A DNA stretch of 64,000 bases from Polyangiaceae bacterium (lineage in GTDB: Bacteria > Myxococcota_A > Polyangia > Polyangiales > Polyangiaceae): NCBI GenBank assembly GCA_965222375.1, contig CBDCTZ010000012.1:544001-608000 (forward strand), read 5' to 3'. The notes below the pieces were generated by a model, which had not been told where the DNA came from, did not search any database, and saw only the letters and a program-made list of their open reading frames with translations. Shown piece after piece: positions 46,386-55,638 of this stretch. How positions within the stretch are numbered: position 1 is the stretch's first letter; each line of letters begins with the position of its first letter. A program made the position numbers and the translations under genes.

Positions 46386-47354
46386 GTGGCGCGCTATGTG
46401 CTCGGACCAGAGCACGCGGGCCTGCGTCTGGACAAGGTGCTCACGGGGCTGATTCCCGGCGCTTCACGGGGGGCTGTGCAGCGTTGGATCCGCGAGGGGC
46501 GGGTCCGCCTCAATGCGGGGCAATGCCGCCCCCGGGACCCGGTTCAAACCGGCGATGTCATTGACGCGGACCCCGGACCGGCAGAAACGAGCGCAGCCGA
46601 GCCAGACCCGAGCGTCGCGCTCAGCGTGCTATTCGAAGATGAACACCTGATCGTCGTCGACAAGGCGGCGGGGCTGGTCGTGCACCCGGCTCGAGGCCAC
46701 TGGTCCGGCACCTTGGTCAACGGCCTCCTCGCCCGGCCGGGCTTCCGGTCCGCGGCGGCCGACCCCCAAGACCCGTCGGGCGCCTTGCGGCCGGGCATTG
46801 TGCAGCGACTCGATAAGGACACGAGTGGTGTTCTGGTCGTTGCAAAGACCAGCGATGCCCGGGAGGGCTTGAAAGAGCAGCTCGCGGGGCGGCAAATGGA
46901 GCGTGAGTACTGGGCAATCACCCTCGGGGATTGCGCTTCGGGCCGCATCGAAACCCTGCATGGCCGTCATCCCCGCTCCCGTGTGAAGTTCACCTCCATC
47001 ACGGATGAAGGGCGCAATGCGATAACCGAGGTCACCCGTGAAGAGTCCTTGCTAGAGGGGCTCGCAACGCTGGTTCGCTGCCGTTTGGAAACGGGGCGTA
47101 CCCACCAAATCCGCGTGCACCTGGCGGAGCAGCGCGACGCGCCGCTCTTGGCAGATGAGGTTTACGGTCGGAGGGTGCGCGATCCTCGGCTCGTCGAGGC
47201 CGAGCACGCAATTGGTCGGCAGGCGCTTCACGCGCGGGTTCTTGGTTTCGTGCACCCAGTGACGGCCGAACCACTCCGGTTTTCTGCGGCGATTCCCGAC
47301 GACTTCCGACGCTGCCTCCGAGTGCTGGGCAGTCAGGTCGAGCTCTTGGACTGA
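46386..47354 (+). CDS. RluA/RluD-family pseudouridine synthase with S4 domain
   Basis: RLDK S4 start, KAAGLVVHP, PGIVQRLDKDTSG (catalytic Asp), LETGRTHQIR, QALHA. Confidence 0.93.
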   Translation: MARYVLGPEHAGLRLDKVLTGLIPGASRGAVQRWIREGRVRLNAGQCRPRDPVQTGDVIDADPGPAETSAAEPDPSVALSVLFEDEHLIVVDKAAGLVVHPARGHWSGTLVNGLLARPGFRSAAADPQDPSGALRPGIVQRLDKDTSGVLVVAKTSDAREGLKEQLAGRQMEREYWAITLGDCASGRIETLHGRHPRSRVKFTSITDEGRNAITEVTREESLLEGLATLVRCRLETGRTHQIRVHLAEQRDAPLLADEVYGRRVRDPRLVEAEHAIGRQALHARVLGFVHPVTAEPLRFSAAIPDDFRRCLRVLGSQVELLD

Positions 47355-48331
47355 GGAGTGTGAATGACCTCGTCCGCGCCTTCCCGCATTAGGTTGGGGA
47401 ACCGTGTGCGCAGCAGCGCGAGGGCCCCGAATCCGACAACCACCGCCCACCACAACGTCGCGAACCGAATCAGAATCATGGCGCTAGTGGCCGGAGCTTG
47501 GGGCACCCGGCCGAGCCGTATCAGCTGTTCTTGGATCATCGCCTCGGCCACACCCAGCCCGCCAGGGACGGGAATGATGGCGCCAGCCAGGGTAGCCGTG
47601 GCGTAGAAAAACACGGCCAGCGGGGGGCTCACGCTCACTCCGAAGCCGCCGAGGATCAGATAAAGGGCGATGCCTTCGGCGCCCCAGCCGAGGATGCTGA
47701 GGAAGCTCGGCCAAAGCAACGCGCCAGGGCTGGCGACGATGCGTAGGCTGTCAAAGGCCTCACGACCTCGTTCGGCGATCTTGGTCCAGCGACCTCCACG
47801 ACGCTCCAAGGCCCCCAGGATCCAATTGCCAGGTCGGCGCCACAGGATGAGCAGCAGGCCGAAGGCGACGCAGCCCGCACCGGCAATGGCCCATCGAAGC
47901 CCGCCAGAGAAACCCGCGCTGCCTACGACAATCAGGGTGATGACACCAATGACGTCCGTGAGGCGTTCGGCGACGACGATGGGTGCAGTGCGGGCGACTG
48001 GGACGCCGTGGGTTTCACTCAAGACGGCGCTTTTGAAAACCTCGCCGACTTTGCCCGGAGTGACTGTGAGCACGAACCCCGACAGGAAGATCAGCAGACT
48101 GTCCCACTTGGGAATGTCACGTATCTCTAGGCGCGCCAGGTAGTACTCCCACTTCAAGAAGCGTAGCCCGTAGTTGCCACTGGCTAGAATCAACGCCAGT
48201 GCGAACGCGCTCCAGCGAAAGTCTGAGAGGCTGGCCTGAATGTCGCGATAGCCGGTGTAGGCGACAAAAGCGCCATACAGGAGCACGCCCAGCAGCATGG
48301 CCAGCACGATGCGCCGGACGAACTTCTTCAT
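47333..48331 (-). CDS. Second LPG-synthase TM / flippase-like (UPF0104) membrane protein
   Basis: RFLKW, TPGKVGE, ERLTD, PGGLGVAE, R..TLW; ATG 48331 overlaps the upstream small ORF. Confidence 0.85.
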   Translation of the reverse strand: MKKFVRRIVLAMLLGVLLYGAFVAYTGYRDIQASLSDFRWSAFALALILASGNYGLRFLKWEYYLARLEIRDIPKWDSLLIFLSGFVLTVTPGKVGEVFKSAVLSETHGVPVARTAPIVVAERLTDVIGVITLIVVGSAGFSGGLRWAIAGAGCVAFGLLLILWRRPGNWILGALERRGGRWTKIAERGREAFDSLRIVASPGALLWPSFLSILGWGAEGIALYLILGGFGVSVSPPLAVFFYATATLAGAIIPVPGGLGVAEAMIQEQLIRLGRVPQAPATSAMILIRFATLWWAVVVGFGALALLRTRFPNLMREGADEVIHTPQSKSST

Positions 48332-48513
48332 CGACGCCGCCAGCGGACCAAGAAATACGCAAGCGCGACGGCCAAGACGACGCTGCCAAGAGTGGCGATT
48401 CCCCACGCCGGGAATGCGTACTTGCCCCGCGCCAGGCCCGACGCTGGACGCTCCACGACCACCCCCGGCGAACTACCGGCCTCGGCCGTGCCCGAAGTCG
48501 CCGCAGCCTGCAT
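48328..48513 (-). CDS. Small single-pass membrane protein
   Basis: C-terminal TM followed by RWRRR; ATGA coupling to the flippase-like gene. Confidence 0.55.
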   Translation of the reverse strand: MQAAATSGTAEAGSSPGVVVERPASGLARGKYAFPAWGIATLGSVVLAVALAYFLVRWRRR

Positions 48514-48651
48514 TGGTGCGAAGCGCTAGCATGCGGGGCAGGGCCAGAGCAACCAGATGTGGGATGCGGGCGGACGCTTTGGTGACGCGGGGCTGCTAGG
48601 GAGGCGATCGGCACTTTCGCTCGCCGTGGATGGGCCTTAAGCTGCCGGCAC

Positions 48652-49674
48652 GTGGTGACTGCGGCGCAACAAAGCCCCGACCCGCCTGGGCGCGGAGACG
48701 GCGAACTGCTCGATGCCTGCGCCGGCGCCTGCGCTCGGCTGAAATCTCAGGTGGCCAGGGTAGTTGTGGGCCAGGACGATGTTGTCGACGCGTTGCTGAT
48801 CACGCTGATGGCGCGCGGGCACGGCCTTTTGGTGGGCGTGCCGGGCCTGGCGAAGACCCTGCTCGTCGCCTCGGTTGCTCGAGCCCTGAGCCTCAGTTTC
48901 GGCAGAGTCCAATTCACGCCGGACTTGCTGCCAGCGGACATCACCGGGACCGACGTGCTCAACGAGGTGGACGTCGGGGGAAGCGTGCGGCGCGAAGTCC
49001 GGTTCATGTCGGGACCGATCTTCAAGAACCTCGTGCTCGCAGACGAGATCAATCGCACGCCGCCAAAGACTCAGGCGGCCTTGCTTCAGGCCATGCAGGA
49101 GCGCCACGTGACCGTTGGTGGGGCGACTCATGCCCTGCCGGATCCATTTCAGGTCTTCGCTACGCGCAACCCCATCGAGCAAGAGGGCACATACCCGCTG
49201 CCAGAGGCCCAACTCGATCGGTTCTTGCTTGAGATCCACGTTGGCTATCCGAGCGAGTCTGAAGAGCGCGAGATCGCGCGGCGCACTACATCGGGAGCCG
49301 CTCCAGAGATCGAGGCGGTGCTCGGCGTAGAGGAGCTTCGCTTGTTAGGCGCTCTGGTGCCGCGAATCCCCGTGACTGACGAAGCTGTGGATCTTGCCGT
49401 CAAGGCGTCTCGGCGCACCCGGCCGGATGCCGAAGACGCGCCCGCGGAGGTGAAGAACTACGTGAGGTTCGGCGCGGGGCCCAGGGGCAGTCAAGCGCTG
49501 GTGCTAGCAGCAAAGGCTCGAGCCGCCGTGTGTGGACAGGCCGCCGCCGATCTGGACGATGTGCGCGCGCTGCTACTTCCGGCACTGCGCCACCGACTCG
49601 TGCTCAGCTATCGCGCCGAAGCGGACGGTGTGCGGGACTCAGACGTGGTCAGCGCCGTTGCGCGCGGCCTGTGA
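48652..49674 (+). CDS. MoxR-family AAA+ ATPase
   Basis: GVPGLAKT, RVQFTPDLLPADI, LADEINRTPPKTQAALL, NPIEQEGTYPLPEAQLDRF, GAGPR. Confidence 0.95.
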   Translation: MVTAAQQSPDPPGRGDGELLDACAGACARLKSQVARVVVGQDDVVDALLITLMARGHGLLVGVPGLAKTLLVASVARALSLSFGRVQFTPDLLPADITGTDVLNEVDVGGSVRREVRFMSGPIFKNLVLADEINRTPPKTQAALLQAMQERHVTVGGATHALPDPFQVFATRNPIEQEGTYPLPEAQLDRFLLEIHVGYPSESEEREIARRTTSGAAPEIEAVLGVEELRLLGALVPRIPVTDEAVDLAVKASRRTRPDAEDAPAEVKNYVRFGAGPRGSQALVLAAKARAAVCGQAAADLDDVRALLLPALRHRLVLSYRAEADGVRDSDVVSAVARGL

Positions 49675-49684
49675 GGCTCTCCGT

Positions 49685-50479
49685 CTACCGGGCGCGAAAA
49701 CTCGCGGCGCGCTTGTCCGAGAAGGCCTGCAGCCCTTCCGTGCTGTCTTCGCTCGCGAACAGCTCAGCCTGAAGCTCGCGCTCCAGAGCCAGACCCTGGT
49801 CGAGGGGCAGTTCCATCGCCGCTTGCACTGCGCGTTTGATTCGGCCCACCGCCAACGGGGCTTTGCTCGGCGGGGTGAATTTGTGAGCGTAGTCACTGAC
49901 TTTCGCGTGAAAGTTAGAAACGTTGCCAGTATCCCACAGGTAGTGCACCAGCCCCCATTCCAGTGCTTGCTCTTGACTGAAGTTTTCGCCCTCGATCATG
50001 ATCTGCATCGCTCGTGCCTTGCCGACCAGCCGCGTGAGCCGCTGAGTGCCACCGGTGCCTGGAAGCACGCCGAGCTTGACTTCAGGTAGACCCAGCTTGA
50101 ACGTGCCGGCTCGAGCGATGCGAATGTCGCAGGCCATCGCCATCTCGAATCCGCCGCCCACACAGTGCCCATTGAGCGCGGCGATGGACAGCTTTGGCGT
50201 TTCCTCCAGGCGGCGCAGGGTTTCGTTGGCGTGCAAGCAGAAGTAGTACTTGAAGGTCGGATCCGCTTCGCGCAGCATGTCGATGTTCGCGCCACAGCAG
50301 AAAAAGCGTTCGCCGGATCCAGTCAGCACAATCACGTAGATGTCGGAATCGAAGCGCGCCTCTAGGATCGCGTCGTCGAGTTCCTTCATCATCTCGTGGG
50401 TGTAGGCATTCACGGGGGGATCGTTGAGGGTCAAAACGGCTACGCCATGATCCGTTTCGTAGTCCACGAGGTTGCCCAT
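49685..50479 (-). CDS. Enoyl-CoA hydratase/isomerase
   Basis: FCCGANI, AALNGHCVGGGFE, LPEVKLG..PG.GGTQRL; both catalytic Glu present. Confidence 0.92.
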   Translation of the reverse strand: MGNLVDYETDHGVAVLTLNDPPVNAYTHEMMKELDDAILEARFDSDIYVIVLTGSGERFFCCGANIDMLREADPTFKYYFCLHANETLRRLEETPKLSIAALNGHCVGGGFEMAMACDIRIARAGTFKLGLPEVKLGVLPGTGGTQRLTRLVGKARAMQIMIEGENFSQEQALEWGLVHYLWDTGNVSNFHAKVSDYAHKFTPPSKAPLAVGRIKRAVQAAMELPLDQGLALERELQAELFASEDSTEGLQAFSDKRAASFRAR

Positions 50480-50656
50480 CTTGCTATCTGAGTCCTTTCT
50501 GAAGAGCGGGTCCGCCGCGGTGCGGGCGCCCGGGCGCCATAGCGAAAATCGTGCGCAAGCCTAGCAGGGCGGGCTGGAGAGCGCCGCTTTTCCCTGAAGA
50601 TCCAGCGACATCCACGTGCTTCCTCAAACGGGTTTTTGGGCTAAGCTGCGCTGGAA

Positions 50657-50944
50657 GTGCCTACTGGTCCTGACGATGCCCTGGCGGAGCTGAAACGCGC
50701 GCTCAAAGAGCTAGTCGTGGAAGAACTCGACTTGCGCGACCGAGGCCCCGACAGCATTGCCAGCGACGCGCCTTTGTTTGGAGAGGGGCTGGGTCTCGAT
50801 TCTCTGGACGCCCTCCAGCTCGTGATGGCCATCGAGGAGCGATATGGCGTCCAAATCCCCGAGGGTGAGGAGGCGCGTGCGGCTTTTGCCTCCATCGACG
50901 CCTTGGCGGCCTACATAGTGGCAAACCGAGGGGCCGGTCCGTGA
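50657..50944 (+). CDS. Acyl carrier protein (aryl-polyene/ladderane-cluster type)
   Basis: PLFGEGLGLDSLDAL (phosphopantetheine Ser), F.SI..LA.YI. Confidence 0.9.
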   Translation: MPTGPDDALAELKRALKELVVEELDLRDRGPDSIASDAPLFGEGLGLDSLDALQLVMAIEERYGVQIPEGEEARAAFASIDALAAYIVANRGAGP

Positions 50945-50978
50945 CGCGACCAGCAGGCACCGGAGGCCAGTCGCATCG

Positions 50979-53105
50979 ATGAGCGCCGAGCTTGCGCGTG
51001 TCGCCGTAACGGGAGTGGGGATAGTCAGCGCTCTGGGAGGCGACGCTGCCACCAGCGTGCGGAAGTTGCTCTTGGGTGTCCGCGGCACTACCGGAGTCGA
51101 ACTCTTTGGCGTCGAGGGTCATCGCTGTCGGATTGCCGCCCAGGTAGTCGATCTCGATAGCTCCTGCTTCGGATCCCGCTGCGAAGCGATGGCGGTGCGA
51201 GCTGCGCGAGAAGCTCTGGAAGGCGCGGGAGTCTGCGGCGCCGCGGAAATCGGCGTTGCCGTCGGGCTCACCACAGGAGGCATGCCGGAGGCCGAAGCCG
51301 TGCTGGCTGGCGGTGCACGCCTCGATCACGAAACCCAAAGACGGCTCGTTGCATATCCGCTTTCGCGGGTCACGGCGGCCGTTCGGAAGCTGACCTCTGG
51401 CGCCTCCCCCTGTGCTACCCTCTCCAGTGCATGCTCTAGCAGTGCAGCTGCCATCGCCCTTGGCGCTCGTTGGATCGTGTCAGGGACCGCACCCTTCGCC
51501 CTCGTCGGCGGTGCTGAAGCTCTGTGTCGGCTCACGTTTGCCGGATTTGACGCCCTCGGCGCAATGGATGAACAGCCGTGCCGGGCCTTCGATTCGGCTC
51601 GCTCTGGCTTGACCTTGGGTGAGGGCGCGGGCTTCTTGTTGTTGGAGGCCGCCGACAGTGCGGCACGGCGCGGCGCGTGCATCCTGGGCTTTCTCGACGG
51701 TTGGGCTCTGGGCGCCGAGGCGTTTCATGTGACTCAACCCGAGCCAAGCGGCGAACTTGCTCGAGCACTCATGGTGCGCGCGCTGGATCACGCATGCATG
51801 GAGCCAGCAGAGCTCGACTTGGTAAACGCTCACGGGACGGCAACCCGGCAGAACGATCTCGTCGAGGGTGCGGCCCTGCGTGCGGCTCTCGGGGCGGAGA
51901 CGTCCCGGGTGTTCGTGACGTCGTCCAAGCCGCAAATCGGCCACACCCTAGGAGCCTGCGGAGCGTTGGAGGCTGGGCTTTCGTTGCTTTGCATGCAGGC
52001 GGGCGTGTTGCCGCCCGCGGTCGGGCTGGAGACCCCAGATCCCGAGATCCCCCTCCGCTTCTGCGCGGCTGAGTCCACGGAGACGCCGATTCGCTCCGTG
52101 TTGTCTACGTCCCTGGGGTTCGGCGGGGCAGGGGCGGCACTCGTGTTTCGAGCGGCTGATTCGTCCTCGCCGCCTGCGGTCTCCACTCCACGGCGCCGGG
52201 CATACCTGCGCGCGGTCACCTCCTTGACTGCACTTGGCGTACTGCACGACGGCGAACACGACGCTCCCTGCTCGGACGCCACTGAGCGAAGGATTGCCCT
52301 TGACCCGGCCCGGTGCCGGCGTTTTGACGAGGCGAGTTCGAAAGTGTCGTTTGCGGTGGAACGGCTTTTGGCGCGGACGTCCGCGCTGCCTCGAGACACC
52401 GGGCTGGTGTGCGCCAACGCGTATGGCAATGTCTCGCGGAGCGTCGCCTTCCTCCGGCGCCTGTTCGAGCGGGGACGCCGCGCGGTCCGCCCCGCCGACT
52501 TTCCTCACCTCGTTCCCGGAGCGCTCGCTGGAAATGCTAGTATTTATAACGGGTTATGTGGACCGGTCCTCGGCTGTGCCGATCGCAGCGCAGGAGCCGA
52601 GCTAGCCCTGGAGATTGCGGCGACCTTGGTGCAAGGGGGGGACGCGGAGCAGATCATTGCCGGCGCGGTGGAAACCGGAGACAGCATCGTCGACGAAGCG
52701 TTGCCGCCTGCGTTGGGCGACGCCTCGGATTCCGGTAGCCGAGACGTCGCCGGGTTTGGTCTGGTCGTTTCCGAGCCCGTTGGTGCTTTGGCCGAAATCG
52801 CGGACACGTTCTGCGCTCTCAGCGGCGAATCACTGCTGCTGCCGGCTCCGAGCGCGCCCGCGCGGGCGCGCGTGTATTCTGCCCTTGACTCGGCTGCTTT
52901 AGCTCGCGCTTGCGCGAGTACGGGTTGGGAGGGCATTGCCCGGATAGGAATGCCGAAGCTGGTACGTGGCGATGCCGCATCGGCGTACCTGATGTGCTTG
53001 GCGGCTTCGCACTTGTTTGCGGAGCAAGTCGACGAAGCGCTGCTCGTGAGCGTCGGGGACGACGTCACGCGTTGCTGTCGTTTGACGCGTGTGGGGTTGC
53101 GATGA
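50979..53105 (+). CDS. Fused ketosynthase + KS-like chain-length-factor didomain protein
   Basis: Active KS (SACSS, NAHGTAT, GHTLGA, LGFGG) followed by a degenerate KS (RRFD, P.DFP..V, GL.GP) without catalytic residues. Confidence 0.85.
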   Translation: MSAELARVAVTGVGIVSALGGDAATSVRKLLLGVRGTTGVELFGVEGHRCRIAAQVVDLDSSCFGSRCEAMAVRAAREALEGAGVCGAAEIGVAVGLTTGGMPEAEAVLAGGARLDHETQRRLVAYPLSRVTAAVRKLTSGASPCATLSSACSSSAAAIALGARWIVSGTAPFALVGGAEALCRLTFAGFDALGAMDEQPCRAFDSARSGLTLGEGAGFLLLEAADSAARRGACILGFLDGWALGAEAFHVTQPEPSGELARALMVRALDHACMEPAELDLVNAHGTATRQNDLVEGAALRAALGAETSRVFVTSSKPQIGHTLGACGALEAGLSLLCMQAGVLPPAVGLETPDPEIPLRFCAAESTETPIRSVLSTSLGFGGAGAALVFRAADSSSPPAVSTPRRRAYLRAVTSLTALGVLHDGEHDAPCSDATERRIALDPARCRRFDEASSKVSFAVERLLARTSALPRDTGLVCANAYGNVSRSVAFLRRLFERGRRAVRPADFPHLVPGALAGNASIYNGLCGPVLGCADRSAGAELALEIAATLVQGGDAEQIIAGAVETGDSIVDEALPPALGDASDSGSRDVAGFGLVVSEPVGALAEIADTFCALSGESLLLPAPSAPARARVYSALDSAALARACASTGWEGIARIGMPKLVRGDAASAYLMCLAASHLFAEQVDEALLVSVGDDVTRCCRLTRVGLR

Positions 53106-54916
53106 CCGCGGTAGTGGTCGCGGCTGCGACGATCTCTTCCCTCGGGCGTGGAGCGGATGCCGTAGAAGTTGGCGCCGTGGGACAGCACGCCACCAGCCGG
53201 GTGGCGCTGGATGCTGAACTGCGCGACGCTGGCGTGCGCCGGCCCTACGTGGCTCGCGTTCTGCTCGGCCCCGACGCAGCTCCGGACCGCGCCCGCGCGC
53301 TTCTCGATATCGTCAATGCCGATTTGGTGGAGTCCCTCGCGGGCCTCGGGATTACCCTCGACCCCGGTCGAACGCGAATCATCGCCGGTACTAGTTCCGG
53401 CGGCATGTTCAGCTCTGTGCATGCCCTCAACGCCATGGACGCCGGCGCGACCTTGAGCGCCGAACTGGCCCGCTCGGCGAGCTACTTCGGCCCCCTCCAC
53501 AGTTTGAAGGGGCTACCGACGCTCGCCAAGGTGCCCGTGATGCAGGTGTTGTCAGCTTGCGCCTCATCCACGATCGCTCTGGGACTAGGGCTTCGTGCAC
53601 TGCAATTGGGTGACGCGGATATCGTCATCGCTGGTGGCTACGACGCGGTGAGTCCCTTCGTGGCGGCCGGGTTCGATGCTCTCGGCGCCACCTCTCCGAG
53701 GCCGCGTCCGTATCGACGGGACCGGGATGGCTTGGCGTTGGGGGAGGGCGCTGCCTGGCTCGTTCTCACTCGGCCGGGTGGGTCCAGCTGCCTGGGCGTG
53801 TTGGAAGGGTTTTCGATGGCGGCGGACGCGTTTCACGCCACGCAGCCGCATCCTGACGGGTGGGGGCTGACGTCCGCGGCTCGGGGCGCATTGGCGGACG
53901 CTGGCCGCACATCGGTCGATCTCGTCAGTGGCCACGGCACAGCAACGCCCCTCAACGACGAGCGGGAAGCCAAAGCCATCTTGGCCGCCGCGGGCACGTC
54001 GGCGCCGGTGCACGGCTTCAAAGGCGCGGTGGGTCATACCCTGGGAGCCGCCGGTGCGCTCGAGTCTCTCGCGGCTCTGGGCGCCATGCGGCGGGGAGTC
54101 GTTCCAGCCACGGTGGGGCCCGGACCGGTGATCGAGGCGCTGACCGGGCGGGTCTATGAGCAGAATCGGGCCGGCGAGCCTCGCTCGTGCTTGAAGCTGA
54201 GCTCTGCCTTCGGGGGCGCGAACGCGGCGTTGGTTTGGTCGCTAGTGGATGCTGCGCCAAGGGCAGCGCGTCGCGCGGCACCCGTGTACCTCCGACAAGG
54301 CGTCGTTGACAGCTGCACGGCGGAGGTCGCAGCTCACCCGCGGTTGACGGTTTCGGTCGAGTCATTGCAGAGGTTCGACGCGATTTCGCGGATGGCGATC
54401 GCCGCGGCGCTTGCTCTATGCACGGCTCATGCTGCCCCACTACCTAGAGGCAGCGCGGTCGTTCTAGGTAGCACCGGAGCCACCCTCGAAATCAACGCGG
54501 CCTTCGAACGCAAGCGACGAACCCGGGGAGCAGAGCCGCGGCGCTTTCCCGCCACCTCCCCGAATCTCGCACCCTGTGCGGTCAGTATCGCACTCGGCCT
54601 CTCCGGGCCTGCGTTCGCAGTCGGAGGTGGGGACACCGCAGGCGCCGAGGCCGCGACTGCCGCGGCTGACTTGGTGGCTGCAGGAGACGTGCCTGCTGCC
54701 GTAGTGATTGAGTTGGAGTACCCAGGTCCATTTCTGGGCACGCTAAGTGAGGCCCAGGGGAGACCGGCGCCGCGCAAAGGAGCCAGGGTATGCCTTTTTA
54801 GCCAGGAGGGACCGGGCCCAGAACTGGACCGGGTGCGTCTGAGGCGCGCCTGGTCCACCCTCGCGGCGCCCGGCTCGGCGGCCCTGGAGGCCGCTTTGGA
54901 AGCAGCCTGCGCCTGA
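53102..54916 (+). CDS. Second fused ketosynthase + CLF-like didomain protein
   Basis: SACASS, GHGTAT..ND, GHTLGAAG, SAFGG, then RFD...PRRFP.T.PN...GL.GP; ATGA overlap. Confidence 0.85.
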   Translation: MTAVVVAAATISSLGRGADAVEVGAVGQHATSRVALDAELRDAGVRRPYVARVLLGPDAAPDRARALLDIVNADLVESLAGLGITLDPGRTRIIAGTSSGGMFSSVHALNAMDAGATLSAELARSASYFGPLHSLKGLPTLAKVPVMQVLSACASSTIALGLGLRALQLGDADIVIAGGYDAVSPFVAAGFDALGATSPRPRPYRRDRDGLALGEGAAWLVLTRPGGSSCLGVLEGFSMAADAFHATQPHPDGWGLTSAARGALADAGRTSVDLVSGHGTATPLNDEREAKAILAAAGTSAPVHGFKGAVGHTLGAAGALESLAALGAMRRGVVPATVGPGPVIEALTGRVYEQNRAGEPRSCLKLSSAFGGANAALVWSLVDAAPRAARRAAPVYLRQGVVDSCTAEVAAHPRLTVSVESLQRFDAISRMAIAAALALCTAHAAPLPRGSAVVLGSTGATLEINAAFERKRRTRGAEPRRFPATSPNLAPCAVSIALGLSGPAFAVGGGDTAGAEAATAAADLVAAGDVPAAVVIELEYPGPFLGTLSEAQGRPAPRKGARVCLFSQEGPGPELDRVRLRRAWSTLAAPGSAALEAALEAACA

Positions 54917-55036
54917 TTTTGTCAGCCACTTGCCCAGTGCTCCCACGTTTGGCAGTGTCCGGCGGGAATGAGATCCTCGTCTGCCGCGTTTCACGCTGGA
55001 GGTCCGCCGCGGTCCGACTGGGTCCGCATTCCGCTC

Positions 55037-55510
55037 ATGCTGCGCTGCATCATTCTGTCTCTGCTCGCGTTCATCACGCTGTCGGGCTGTCAGTCCATGC
55101 TCATCCCCAACACGGATGTCGAGGACACGGACGAGAACCGACGAGTCATCAGTTTCTGCGAAGAGTACCGGCGCGCGGTAGAGCAGCGCAAGGTCGGTTT
55201 GCTCCTTCAGCTGGCCCACCCATCTTACTACGAAGATGGGGGCAACGTGGATGCGACCGACGACATCGATTACGCGGGGCTCAAGACCTACTTGGAAGAA
55301 CGCTTTCGCGAAACCAAAGCAATCCGTTACGAGATCCGCTATCGACGGGTAGGTCAAGGGCGCAAAGACACGGTCTTCGTCGACTTCACTTATTCCGCGA
55401 GCTACAAGATCCCCACGCCTAGCGGCGATGTTTGGCGTCGCACCGTAGCCGACAATCGCATTGAACTTGTCCCACACGACGGCGCGTTCAAAATCGTTTC
55501 TGGCATGTAA
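55037..55510 (+). CDS. NTF2/SnoaL-like lipoprotein
   Basis: Lipobox LSGC; Y..AVE..., YYED, C-terminal FKIVSGM. Confidence 0.7.
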   Translation: MLRCIILSLLAFITLSGCQSMLIPNTDVEDTDENRRVISFCEEYRRAVEQRKVGLLLQLAHPSYYEDGGNVDATDDIDYAGLKTYLEERFRETKAIRYEIRYRRVGQGRKDTVFVDFTYSASYKIPTPSGDVWRRTVADNRIELVPHDGAFKIVSGM

Positions 55511-55638
55511 CGACACGGATTGCGTTGCAAAGCGGCAACCCGGGGCGTTGAAAGCCGTCCTCGTGACGACTGATGACCTGAAATTGGTGAACGGGGCCGC
55601 GTTCTGTCAAACTCCAGGAGTCTTGGAGTCTGGTTGTC

